Source: an uncultured delta proteobacterium
GTDB taxonomy: Bacteria > Desulfobacterota > Binatia > Binatales > Binataceae
DNA length: 64,000 nt
Assembly (NCBI GenBank): GCA_963711565.1
Contig: CAVQEQ010000004.1
Coordinates: 384,001-448,000 of the forward strand
Direction of reading: 5' to 3'
The position numbers and the translations under genes were made by a program. The notes beneath the pieces are model-generated. The model was not told the DNA's origin. It searched no databases and saw nothing but the letters and a program-made list of their open reading frames with translations. Of the stretch, positions 1 to 10,000 are shown piece by piece; position 1 is the first letter of the stretch; each line of letters starts with the position of its first letter.

Positions 1-401
1 CGGCGCACCGGTAGGCTTGCCCCGTACGCACCCCATCTGAGACGGGCAGAAGGACTTGCTCGTCGAGCACGTCGAGTTCGTTACGGCGAGCGTGAACGCA
101 AATAATAAATGACAAACTGCGACCAAATATTTATTCGCAAGGCGAGTCTTGAATCCGCTGAGTAGCGCACTACTGCGCAAGGTCGCAAAGTAAGATCGAT
201 TAGGGGGTTCTTCTATGAGCACCGCATCAAAGCTCCATCGCTGACGAGGCCGGCATCGACGAGATTTACGACGCCCTTCCTCAAAATAGCAATCTCAACC
301 GTTCTCTTCAGCCAATCCTTGCCCATAGAATCGATGGTGTCGCTCCAGATGCGCCACGTCGCGTAGCGCTTTGCCGAAGGACGGACGCAGGAGCGTCCGT
401 C

Positions 402-483
402 GAGATTCTTCGCTTGCAGCAGCTCAGAATGACGCGTGGGCTCGCCGGGTTTTTGCGTCATCCTGAGCGCAGTAAAGGATCTC
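402..483. repeat. Inverted pair of CGTC/TGTC-type REP-like palindromes (GTCATYCTGAGCGCAG..AAG.ATC)
   Basis: GAGATTCTTCGCT..GCTCAGAATGACG (402-434) faces CGTCATCCTGAGCGCAGTAAAGGATCTC (456-483). The same motif recurs at 32783 and 33853, and partially at 37239 and 38568. Confidence 0.75.
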
Positions 484-560
484 GCGCGCGCTGGCGCGCC
501 TGTGGGCGACAGGCGTTGTTGCTACGGGGGCTGGAAAATGTAACAACAGATGGTTCGGGC

Positions 561-638
561 GGGGTCGTAGTTCAGCCCGGTTAGAACGCCGGCCTGTCAC
601 GTCGGAAGTCGTGGGTTCAAATCCCATCGGCCCCGCCA
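561..638 (+). tRNA. tRNA-Asp(GTC)
   Basis: Acceptor stem GGGGTCG/CGGCCCC, anticodon arm CCGGC-CT-GTC-AC-GTCGG, T-loop TTCAAAT, encoded CCA. Confidence 0.97.
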
Positions 639-664
639 AAAATTGATTTTTTAGAGGCACGAAC

Positions 665-1111
665 TTGAAGCTGACTGAACAAACCCGCAGCATCTCGCGC
701 GAGAGTGGACTGCGTGACCGCCAATGGGTCGTGATCGACGCCAGCGAGCGAGCGCTCGGACGAGTCGCATCGCGCGCGGCTAGCCTGCTGACCGGCAAAA
801 CCCGGCCCGACTATACTCCCAACCAGGATATCGGCGACTTTGTCGTTATAATCAACGCCGCCAAGGTTCGCCTGACGGGATCGAAGACGCTGGGCAAGGT
901 GTACTACCGCCATACCGAATGGCCGGGCGGAATTCGCAAGACCTCGGCCGGCAAGATGCTCGAGGAGAAGCCCGAGCGGATGCTTGAGATTGCGGTCAAG
1001 GGGATGCTGCCGAAGAATCGCCTCGGCCATCAGATTTTCAACAAGCTGAAAGTTTATCGCGGCGCCGAGCATCCGCATGCCGCGCAGAAGCCCAAGACGG
1101 TCAGCGTTTAA
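665..1111 (+). CDS. rplM: 50S ribosomal protein L13
   Basis: Motifs WVVIDA..LGRVAS, GDFVVIINA, KGMLPKNRLG and LKVY.G.EHPH.AQ; TTG start. Confidence 0.97.
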   Translation: MKLTEQTRSISRESGLRDRQWVVIDASERALGRVASRAASLLTGKTRPDYTPNQDIGDFVVIINAAKVRLTGSKTLGKVYYRHTEWPGGIRKTSAGKMLEEKPERMLEIAVKGMLPKNRLGHQIFNKLKVYRGAEHPHAAQKPKTVSV

Positions 1112-1129
1112 CCAAGGTACGTGCTTTCA

Positions 1130-1528
1130 ATGGCAGAAAAGAAAAATATCATCTGGACGACCGGCCGTCGTAAGAGCGCGGTCGCGCGCGTCAGAATGTT
1201 GCCCGGCAGCGGCACGATCACGGTTAACGAGCGCACGCTCGAGGACTACTTCCCGCGGCCGACCTCGCGGATGCGGATACTGGAGCCGTTCGAGGCGACG
1301 GAAACTGTCGGTCAATACGATGTGCTGGTGAGTGTCGAGGGCGGCGGAATCGCGGCGCAGGCCGACGCCGTTCGTCACGGGATTTCGCGCGCGCTGGTCA
1401 ATGCGACGGAGACGTTGCGGCCGACGCTGCGCAAGGGTGGGATGCTGACGCGCGATCCGCGCGAGGTCGAGCGGAAGAAATACGGGCGTCACAAGGCGCG
1501 CAAGCGGCCGCAATACTCCAAGCGCTAG
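1130..1528 (+). CDS. rpsI: 30S ribosomal protein S9
   Basis: TGRRKSAVARV and C-terminal RDPREVERKKYGRHKARKRPQYSKR; follows rplM. Confidence 0.97.
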   Translation: MAEKKNIIWTTGRRKSAVARVRMLPGSGTITVNERTLEDYFPRPTSRMRILEPFEATETVGQYDVLVSVEGGGIAAQADAVRHGISRALVNATETLRPTLRKGGMLTRDPREVERKKYGRHKARKRPQYSKR

Positions 1529-1583
1529 GACGATTCGATCGAAGCTGGGCGCACGGAGGCGCGGGATTTCATTTTGAGCGACA

Positions 1584-1617
1584 AGGGCGTGAGCGATGCT
1601 TGCGCCCTCTTTTCTTT
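1584..1617 (+). terminator. Rho-independent terminator after rpsI
   Basis: AGGGCGTGAGC-GAT-GCTTGCGCCCT hairpin followed by a T-rich tract. Confidence 0.75.
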
Positions 1618-1709
1618 GTTCTGCGATTACAGGTACTTAGCCGGGCCATTTGACAAATCCCGACTCGTACAAATACAAGAAGAGCGCCAGCTTAAAGGAG
1701 CGCCATTAG

Positions 1710-2498
1710 ATGCGTCCAGACCGAATACGTTATAGCGCCGGAGTTGTTGCGGGGTTGTTGCTCATCAGCGCGCTGTTATTTGCGGTGTCCGGAACGGCGC
1801 TGGCACAGACCGCAGCGGGATCTTTCCAGTCGGTGAACGGCCAGGTGCAGATTCAGCGCACCGGCGGCGCGACCATCGGCGCGGCGGCCGGCGTCGGCGT
1901 AAACGTCGGCGATCGAATCGTCACCGGCCCCAACGGCCACGCGGTCATCGTGCTCAACGATCAGAGCCGGATGGAGCTGGGACCCGCCAGCAGCATCACG
2001 CTCGATCAATTCACGATTACCGGAGGAGCCACGGCGACGCGCGTGAGCTTGTTTACCGGCGTGATGCGATCGCTGGTCAATGCTTCATCGGGCGGCGCCG
2101 CGGCAGACTACCAGGTGCATACTCCGAACGCGGTTGCGGCGGTGCGAGGCACCAGGTTCGATACCGCGTACTCCGAGAATGTAATCAGGCCCGGCTACCA
2201 GGGATGCCAACGCTATACGGACGTTTCCGTTTACCAGGGGACCGTCAATCTCGCGCCGGTGGGGACGCCTACCGCCGGCGAAGATGTTCACGCGGGTTAC
2301 GAAGCGACGCTGCCGTGCGACAAACCTCCGACCGGTGAGGGACCGCTGTCGATGACCGGCGCGATATCGCTCGAAAGCGCCAACGCAGGCGGCGCCAGTT
2401 TCACTGGAGCGGCGCCGGGATCGAGCGGTGCGCCGGTGCCCGCCTGTCCGGTCTGCATGAACATGACGACTACCACCGGAACAACGACGGGGCGGTAG
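1710..2498 (+). CDS. Secreted FecR-domain protein
   Basis: Signal peptide (ALA-Q) and FecR-like motifs GDRIVTG..G, V.TPNAVAAVRGTRF and V.VYQGTV; CxxC near the C-terminus. Confidence 0.85.
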   Translation: MRPDRIRYSAGVVAGLLLISALLFAVSGTALAQTAAGSFQSVNGQVQIQRTGGATIGAAAGVGVNVGDRIVTGPNGHAVIVLNDQSRMELGPASSITLDQFTITGGATATRVSLFTGVMRSLVNASSGGAAADYQVHTPNAVAAVRGTRFDTAYSENVIRPGYQGCQRYTDVSVYQGTVNLAPVGTPTAGEDVHAGYEATLPCDKPPTGEGPLSMTGAISLESANAGGASFTGAAPGSSGAPVPACPVCMNMTTTTGTTTGR

Positions 2499-2513
2499 GG
2501 AAGGAGGTGAGAC

Positions 2514-3284
2514 GTGGCGAAGAATAGAATTTCGCTTGCCGGTGCGATGCTCATGCTCGGATTCGTGCTGAGCACATTCGCGATCGCGACGCCTGCGCAT
2601 GCGCAATGGTTTGAAGACACCTATCCGGGATTCTACTCGCTGCAAACGCCGGGACTCTTCCAGACGACGCTATTCGGCGGCGGCTACATTAGCGATAAAT
2701 ATGGCGTCCTGCAGGAGGGCGTTCAGGCCGAGCAGAGCGTCACACCGTATATCGGAGTTTTCGGCCGCGCGACCGGCTACCAACTGTGGATCGGCAACGG
2801 CTTCGAGAGTCCGCTGGCGCCGGGGAGCGGCAGTTTCCCGCGGCTCAACTTCGGGCGCTTCCAGGGTGGCCTCGATTTCACGCTGCTCCCTGGTACGCAT
2901 CTCTACGTATCGGCCGGCCACGACGTCGCGGATAGCGATGCCACCGTGATCGAGGGCGATTTCTCGAGTTGGCTGTGGCTGCACAGTCAGCACCCGATCA
3001 ATGCATCGTTCAGCACGATTTACGATTGGCAAAACGGCGTCGAGAGCAGTGAAATCGATCTGGAGACAATTCTGCTCTCGACCGAGAAGTACATGATCCT
3101 CGGAGGCATCGGCGGCGCGATGTATTTCGGCGGCTTCCTGAGCAATGCGCAGGGGCAGGGCGGTCCGGATCTCGGATTCTACTACCGGCCGTGGCAGCTT
3201 GGCGTCAGCGCTCAGGCGGGCTACGGCAACGCGCATCAGTACGGCCAGATCAGCATGTACAAGCAGCTAAGCTGGTTCGAATAG
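2514..3284 (+). CDS. Secreted protein, probable outer-membrane beta-barrel
   Basis: Signal peptide (AHA-Q), Gly/aromatic-rich alternating strands and aromatic C-terminus (LSWFE); RBS GGAGG. Confidence 0.6.
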   Translation: MAKNRISLAGAMLMLGFVLSTFAIATPAHAQWFEDTYPGFYSLQTPGLFQTTLFGGGYISDKYGVLQEGVQAEQSVTPYIGVFGRATGYQLWIGNGFESPLAPGSGSFPRLNFGRFQGGLDFTLLPGTHLYVSAGHDVADSDATVIEGDFSSWLWLHSQHPINASFSTIYDWQNGVESSEIDLETILLSTEKYMILGGIGGAMYFGGFLSNAQGQGGPDLGFYYRPWQLGVSAQAGYGNAHQYGQISMYKQLSWFE

Positions 3285-3290
3285 CGCGTC

Positions 3291-3416
3291 TTGCCGCTCT
3301 CCGCGGGAGAGGTCGGCGTGAGTCCGCGAGCGTCGGGGGAGGACGCACGTACTCAGCACAATGCCGGCGCCCTCACCCGCGCCCGAGGCGCGACCTCTTC
3401 CGAAGGGAGAGGTAAG
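3291..3416. repeat. REP-doublet (CTCTCCC-GGGAGAGG / CCCTCACCC family)
   Basis: Self-complementary doublet; 3361-3416 nearly matches 61381-61436. Confidence 0.8.
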
Positions 3417-3466
3417 TACAAACCTCGCGGCGCTCGCGGCGGCGAGCTAAGCTCGAATCGTTAACG

Positions 3467-5692
3467 ATGCCGAGCGCAAAACCGTCACATCTAGCCCTCA
3501 GATTCTCGTGGCGCACATTCCTGTTCGGGATCGTCCTACTGGGATTCATGTTCGTTGCCCACGACCGCTTCCACGCCGCCTTCGAGCGGATGGATCTGAT
3601 AGCGTACGACCTTCGAATCAACACCGTCGCTCCGCATCCATCGACGGGCATGATCGCGATCGCTACCATCGACGACCGCAGTATTGCGCAGCTTGGGCAA
3701 TGGCCTTGGCCTCGGATCGTGCTCGGCCAGCTGGTCGATGCGCTCAAGGACTACAAGGTCAAGGTGATCGGCTTCGATGCGATCTTCAGCGAAGCCGACA
3801 AGAGCGACGTGGCGCGCGGCGACATAAGTCAGAAACTCGCGCAACTCGGCCTCACGGGACAGTCGATTCGCGACGTCCTTGGTCCGAGCAACGACGAGGG
3901 GTTTGCGAAGGCGATGAGCGCGCAAGGCCAGACCGTTCTGGGGTACGCGTTTCAGACGCACCATCTGAAGGGGCATGTCGGAGTCGCCAAAACGGCCGGG
4001 TTCCTCGACCATATTCGAATGCCGGGGCCGTTGACCTACGGGATCATCCGGCAGGCACCCGGCACGCCGCACGAGTTGATCGAGGCGCAGGCGTATGAGC
4101 CGCCGACCGCGCTGCTCAACGATTCGGCTCACTCGATCGGATTTTTCGACATCGATGCGGACGCGGACGGCGAAATCCGCACCGAGATGACCGTCATCAA
4201 ATTCGACGGCCATTACTGCGCGCCGTTGTTTATCGCCGTCGCCGACACCTTTGTCGGCGGGGCGACGATGATATTGGGACTCGATCAGGAAGGAGTCTCG
4301 GGCCTGTCGGTGGCCGGTGTGGGGATACCGGTCGATGACGACGGCCGGATGCTGGTGAATTTCCGCCGCGGCGTTCAGCCGTTCCCGTACTATTCGATCT
4401 CGGACATTATCAATCACAAGATTGCGCCGGAGAAACTCGCGGGGAAAATCGTCCTAGTCGGTGCGACCGCGCACGGACTCGGCGATCGCGGCGTGACGCC
4501 GGTCAACCCCGACATGCCGCGCGTCGAGATCCACGCCAACGCGATCGACAACGTGCTGCAGGGCGACTTCCTGCGCCGCCCGCTCGAGGCGCAGGAAATA
4601 TCGCTGGCAGCGACGCTCCTGATCGGCATCGCGATGTCGGTTGGAGTCGCGTGGCTCTCGGCAATGTCGTCGGCGGCGCTGGGCGTGATCCTGCTGGTCG
4701 GCTATTACGCGTACGCGCAACACCGCCTGCTGAACGAGGGTCTGGTGATCGGGATCGTCTTCCCAATGTTCGCCGCGATTTTCGTCTATATGTTTCTCGC
4801 GGGCTATCGGTACATCACCGAGGGTCGCGAAAAGCGCTACTTGCGCACAGTCTTTGAGCATTATCTGGACCCCGACGTCATCACTTCGCTGCTCGATTCG
4901 CCCGAGGGTCTCAAGCTCGGCGGCGAAAAGCGTCATCTGGCGATCCTGTTCGCCGACATCGTGAGCTTCACCAAGCGCGCCGAAAAGACCACACCCGAGG
5001 ATCTGCTCGCGCTGCTGAACACCTACATGACCTCGATGATCGACGTGATTCTGAAGACCGGCGGCGTGGTGGACAAGTTGATGGGCGACGGAATCATGGC
5101 GTTCTGGGGCGCGCCCAACGACCTGGAAAATCCGTCGCGATCGGCGATCGATTGCGCGCTCAGGATGCTGGAGAATCTCCACGACCTACAGAAAAACGAT
5201 CCGCGCTTCGCCGATCTCGACATCGGCATCGGCATCTCGACCGGCAACGTCGTAGTCGGCAACCTCGGCGGCGAAAATCGCTTCGACTATTCCGTAATTG
5301 GCGACACCGTCAATTTCGCGTCGCGGCTCGAGGGACTCACCCGCCACTTCAAGGTGCATCTTCTGGTCAGTCGCCAGACCTACAGCGAAGCGGGGGCAGG
5401 TTACATCGGGCGCGAACTCGGGCTGGTGAAGGTCAAGGGAAAGGAGATCTTCGTGCCGATAGTCCACGTGGCCGGGCGCGAGAACGACAGCGTCGATCCG
5501 GCGTTCTACAACCATTTCGCCAACGCGCTCTCGTTGATTCGCGCGGGCGACGCTTTCTCCGCGCGCCAGGAACTCCAACAACTCAGCGATTCGAGCCCCG
5601 AAGACACTCCGGTGCGCATTTACCTGGACAAGCTCGCCGCCGACCCCGATCATCCCCCGACCGAGATGGTCTTCGAGTTCGAGACCAAGTAA
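3467..5692 (+). CDS. CHASE2-domain class III adenylate/guanylate cyclase
   Basis: CHASE2 motifs IDDRSI..LG.WPWPR and G.DAIFSE, three TM helices, and cyclase motifs ILFADIVSFT, DKLMGDGIMAFWGAP and IGDTVNFASRLE. Confidence 0.93.
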   Translation: MPSAKPSHLALRFSWRTFLFGIVLLGFMFVAHDRFHAAFERMDLIAYDLRINTVAPHPSTGMIAIATIDDRSIAQLGQWPWPRIVLGQLVDALKDYKVKVIGFDAIFSEADKSDVARGDISQKLAQLGLTGQSIRDVLGPSNDEGFAKAMSAQGQTVLGYAFQTHHLKGHVGVAKTAGFLDHIRMPGPLTYGIIRQAPGTPHELIEAQAYEPPTALLNDSAHSIGFFDIDADADGEIRTEMTVIKFDGHYCAPLFIAVADTFVGGATMILGLDQEGVSGLSVAGVGIPVDDDGRMLVNFRRGVQPFPYYSISDIINHKIAPEKLAGKIVLVGATAHGLGDRGVTPVNPDMPRVEIHANAIDNVLQGDFLRRPLEAQEISLAATLLIGIAMSVGVAWLSAMSSAALGVILLVGYYAYAQHRLLNEGLVIGIVFPMFAAIFVYMFLAGYRYITEGREKRYLRTVFEHYLDPDVITSLLDSPEGLKLGGEKRHLAILFADIVSFTKRAEKTTPEDLLALLNTYMTSMIDVILKTGGVVDKLMGDGIMAFWGAPNDLENPSRSAIDCALRMLENLHDLQKNDPRFADLDIGIGISTGNVVVGNLGGENRFDYSVIGDTVNFASRLEGLTRHFKVHLLVSRQTYSEAGAGYIGRELGLVKVKGKEIFVPIVHVAGRENDSVDPAFYNHFANALSLIRAGDAFSARQELQQLSDSSPEDTPVRIYLDKLAADPDHPPTEMVFEFETK

Positions 5693-5767
5693 CTGGCTCG
5701 GCGCGCTCGATCGTGATAACTGAGTAGATTCCACCGTAACTCGCGAAGGAGCACTGAAATCGCTCAA

Positions 5768-6868
5768 ATGGCTACGAACGACAAGGTCAAAGTGGCTGTG
5801 GTCGGCGCCTCCGGATACTCGGGGATCGAGGCGGTTCGCATCCTGTCCAGCCATCCGTTCGTCGAGCTGAGCGTGCTCACGTCCGAGCATTACGCGGGGC
5901 GCGAGGTCGCCGACGTTTACCGTCACATGGCCGGCATCGACTTGCCGCCGTTCGAGGAATTGCGCCCCGACCTGGTGCAAGGCCGGGCGGAGGTCGCGAT
6001 TTCATGCCTGCCGGAGACGGTCGGCACCGCGCATACCGCGGAGCTGATCAAGGCGGGCGTGAAGGTGGTGGATCTGTCGGCGGACTTTCGCTTCAAGAGC
6101 GCGGCGCAGTTCCGCGCCACTTATGGCGTCGAACATCCCGCGCCGCAACTGGTCAAGGAAGCGGTTTACGGTCTCAGCGAGTTTCATCGGCACGAACTGC
6201 GCGAGGCGCGCCTGGTCGCCAACCCCGGATGCTTCCCGACCGGTGCGCTGCTCGCGCTGCTGCCGCTGATAAGGCGCGACCTGATCGAGCCGTCGTCGAT
6301 AATCATCGACGCGAAATCCGGCACGACCGGTGCGCGCCGAGCCGCGTCGATCGAGCAGCTGTTCGCGGAGGTCAACGAGAACTTCCGCGCCTACAAGGTC
6401 GCCAACCATCGCCACGTCCCCGAGATGGAACAGGAAATCTCGGCCGCGCTCGGCCGCGACATCGCACTGCTGTTCGTGCCGCATCTGCTGCCGATAACGC
6501 GCGGTCTGCTGAGTTCGATTTTCATGCGCCCACGGGCAGGCACCACCGAGAGCGACGTTCACGCCGCCTTCGAGGCCAGCTTCGCCAAGTCGCGCTTCGT
6601 GCGAATTCTGAAGCCCGGTGAACTGCCCGAGTTGCGCAACGTGCGCGCGACTAACTATTGCGAACTGGCGTTCATTCTCGATCGCCGTAGCGAAACCCTG
6701 CTCGTAATAACCGCGATCGACAACCTCGGCAAAGGCGCGTCGGGCCAAGCCGTCCAGAACATGAACCTGATGCTGGGCTACGACGAAGCGGCCGGCTTGC
6801 TGGCGCCGCACCGGTTCCTTAATCTCCGCGCTAATCAGCTCGCGCGACTGTTTGCTGTCGCTGCGTGA
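5768..6868 (+). CDS. argC: N-acetyl-gamma-glutamyl-phosphate reductase (true stop probably 6822; see findings)
   Basis: VGASGYSG, DLSADFR, NPGCFPT and IDNLGKGASGQAVQNMNLM. Confidence 0.95.
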   Translation: MATNDKVKVAVVGASGYSGIEAVRILSSHPFVELSVLTSEHYAGREVADVYRHMAGIDLPPFEELRPDLVQGRAEVAISCLPETVGTAHTAELIKAGVKVVDLSADFRFKSAAQFRATYGVEHPAPQLVKEAVYGLSEFHRHELREARLVANPGCFPTGALLALLPLIRRDLIEPSSIIIDAKSGTTGARRAASIEQLFAEVNENFRAYKVANHRHVPEMEQEISAALGRDIALLFVPHLLPITRGLLSSIFMRPRAGTTESDVHAAFEASFAKSRFVRILKPGELPELRNVRATNYCELAFILDRRSETLLVITAIDNLGKGASGQAVQNMNLMLGYDEAAGLLAPHRFLNLRANQLARLFAVAA

Positions 6869-7044
6869 GTATGCGGGCGCAGCAGCAGCGATCGCACTGA
6901 CTATACGAAACCGACAGTACATCGACTCATTCTTGCCTCACGCGGTCCCGCTGCCATAATTTGAAACGTACTCGCTGACTATGTGTAACCCTCGGTCGCC
7001 TATTCCACGACCGCAAACTTAAGTCACGGTCTTCGGCTCAACGT

Positions 7045-10000
7045 ATGTGGATTGTCCGCCTCGCGCTTCGCCGGCCACTCTCCGTCGCTGTGATGGCGCT
7101 GCTGATGCTCGTGCTCGGAGTGCTGAGCTTCGGCCTCATGAACGTGGACATCTTCCCGGCGATCAATCTGCCGGTCGTGATGGTGGTTTGGAATTACCCG
7201 GGCCTGTCCGCGTTCAACGTCGAGCGCCGCATGGTGTTCATTTCCGAGCGCGCTTACTCGACCACCGTCAACGGCATCGAGCATATCGAATCCGAATCGA
7301 TCAACGGCATCGGGCTGCTCAAGGTTTATTTCCAGCCGGACACCGACATCGGGGGCGCGATTGCGCAGATAAACGCGGTGTCCGAGACCATCCTGAGCAA
7401 CCTGCCGCGCGGGATCGAGCCGCCGCAGATCATTTCGTACAACGCCAGTAACGTTCCGGTCGCGCAGCTCAACATTTACAGCGACGTGCTCTCGACCGCC
7501 AAGCTCTTCGACTACGGACTGAACTTCATCCGCATCCAGCTCTTTACGATACCGGGATTTTCCTCGCCCGCTCCGCTGGGCGGCGTCCAACGCGCGGTGA
7601 TGGCCAATCTCGATCCCACCGCGCTCTACGCCAACGGGCTTTCCGCTTACAACGTCGGCAACGCGCTCGACGCGACCAACGTCGTCATCCCGTCGGGCAC
7701 CGCCAAGATGGGGAATTACGAATACAACGTCAACATGAACATGTCGGTGCCGAAGGTCGCGGACTTCAATAAGCTGCCGATCAAGTACCTCAACGGTGCG
7801 CCTGTATTCCTCGCTGATGTTGCGCATGTCACCGACACCCATCAGCCGCAAACCAACGTCGTGCGCTTCAATGGACAGCAGGCCACCTACCTGCTGGTGG
7901 TCAAGCACGCGGACGCTTCCACGCTGACGGTAGTCGATGCGGTCAAGGCGAAGCTGCCCGACATTCGCGCCACCGCGCCCAAGGGCCTGAACGTGTTGCT
8001 CACGTTCGACCAGTCGCAATTCGTGCGCGCCGCGCTGCGGGACGTGGTGCAGGAAGCCGTCACCGCCGCAGCGCTGGTCGCGATCATGGTGCTGCTGTTT
8101 CTTGGCTCACCGCGGAGCATGATCATCGTTATCACTTCGATTCCATTGTCGATTCTGACCTCCATCATTTTCCTCCATCTCAGCGGACAGACGATCAACA
8201 CGATGACGCTGGGCGGGATCGCGCTCGCGGTCGGGATGCTGGTTGACGACGCGACGGTCGAAGTCGAAAACATCCATCGCAACCAGGCGCTGGACAAGCC
8301 GCTGCTGGTCGCGATTCTCGACGGCGCGTCGCAGATCGCGACGCCCACCTTTGTCGGCACGCTCGCCATCTGCATCGTCTTTTTTCCGGTGGTGCTGCTG
8401 ACTGGCGTCGCCAAATTCCTGTTCACTCCGCTCGCGCTCGCGGTGGTTTTCGCGATGCTGACCTCGTACCTGCTCTCGCGTACGCTGGTGCCGAGCATGG
8501 CGCGTCTCCTGTTGCCCGAAGATCACGAGGAGAATCTTGGCACCGGCTTATGGGGCCGCATCGTGCGCGGTTTCGACGCCCGTTTCGAGAAGCTCAAAGG
8601 GTTCTATCGTTTCGCGCTCGCCAAGTTCATTGCGCGCCGCAATTTCTCGCTGGTGTTCGTCGCCATCATTATTCTGTCTTCGTCCGCCATGTTGTTAGTG
8701 GTGGGAGAGGATTTTTTTCCAAGCATCGACGCCGGCATGATGAGCTTGCACGTGCGGATGCCGACCGGGACCCGCATCGAACACACCGAGTACATGGTGG
8801 ACAAGATCGAGCGCTCGATTCGTACCGTGGTGCCCGACGCCGAACTGCTGGGCATCAGCGACAACATCGGGCTGCCGCTCTCCTACGATTTGGCGTTCTA
8901 TCAAACCGACACGATCGGGCCGCAGGATTGCGACATCCTGATCCAGTTGAAGCCCGATCATAAGCCGACCGCCGGCTACCAGCAGAAAATTCGCGAGCTG
9001 CTGACGGTCCAGTATCCGAATGTGACCGCGTACTTTCAGGCCGCCGACATCGTCAGCCAGGTGCTTAATTTCGGCCTGCCGGCGGCGATCGACGCGCAGA
9101 TCAACGGCAACGATTTGCAAGCCGACTACGACATCGCGCTGCGCCTGAAGGACAAGATGGCGCTGATTCCCGGCGTCAGCGATCTTAGAATCGCCGAACC
9201 GCAGGACTACCCCAGCTTCATGGTCAACGTCGATCGCGACAAGGCTCTGCAGCTCGGTATCACGCAGAATGAGGTCGCCTCGAGCATGCTCGCGACGCTC
9301 TCCGGCGCCACGCTGCTGCAGCCCAACTTCTGGCTCGATCCCAAGAACGGCGTCAACTACCTCGTCGTCGCGCAGTCGCCGCAGCACCTGATCGATTCGG
9401 TCGCCAGCCTGTCGAATATACCGCTGAGCACGCCGTCGTCGAACAATGGGATCAACGGCGACGCGTCATCTACCTCCGGCACCCCCGCGACGCAGGGCCA
9501 GGCGCAACTACTCGGCAACCTCGGCACCATCACTCACAATTGGGATCCCGCCGTCGTCGCGCATTACACCGTGCAGCGCGTCATCGACGTCGACGCCGCC
9601 GTGCATGGCCGCGACCTCGGCAGCGTCGCCTCGGCGGTGCAGCGCGAGATCAACGGCCTCGGCAAGTTGCCCGCGGGCACCCATGTCGTCATCCGCGGCC
9701 AGAGCCAGGCGATGCGCGATTCGTTCCGGACGCTCGGCGAAGGCCTGGTCCTCGCCATCGTCCTCGTGTACCTGCTCATGGTCGCCAACTTTCAATCGTG
9801 GCTCGAGCCCTTCGTCATCATGATGGCGGTACCGGGCGCGCTGGCCGGCGTGCTCTGGATGCTCGCGATAACGGGTACGACCATCAACGTCGAATCTCTG
9901 ATGGGCGCGATCATGGCGGTCGGCGTCGGCGTCGCCAACGGCAATCTGCTGATCACGTTCGCCAACGAACTGCGCGAGGAAGGTTACAGCCCGGTCGCGG

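Noticed and set aside
1-400. Possible small ORF (213-461, minus) or structured RNA (TGCGACC...GGTCGCA pairing at 118-187; tmRNA-like A-rich stretch)
   Set aside because: No family motif, tmRNA ends or tag peptide; the ORF start lies inside a REP repeat.
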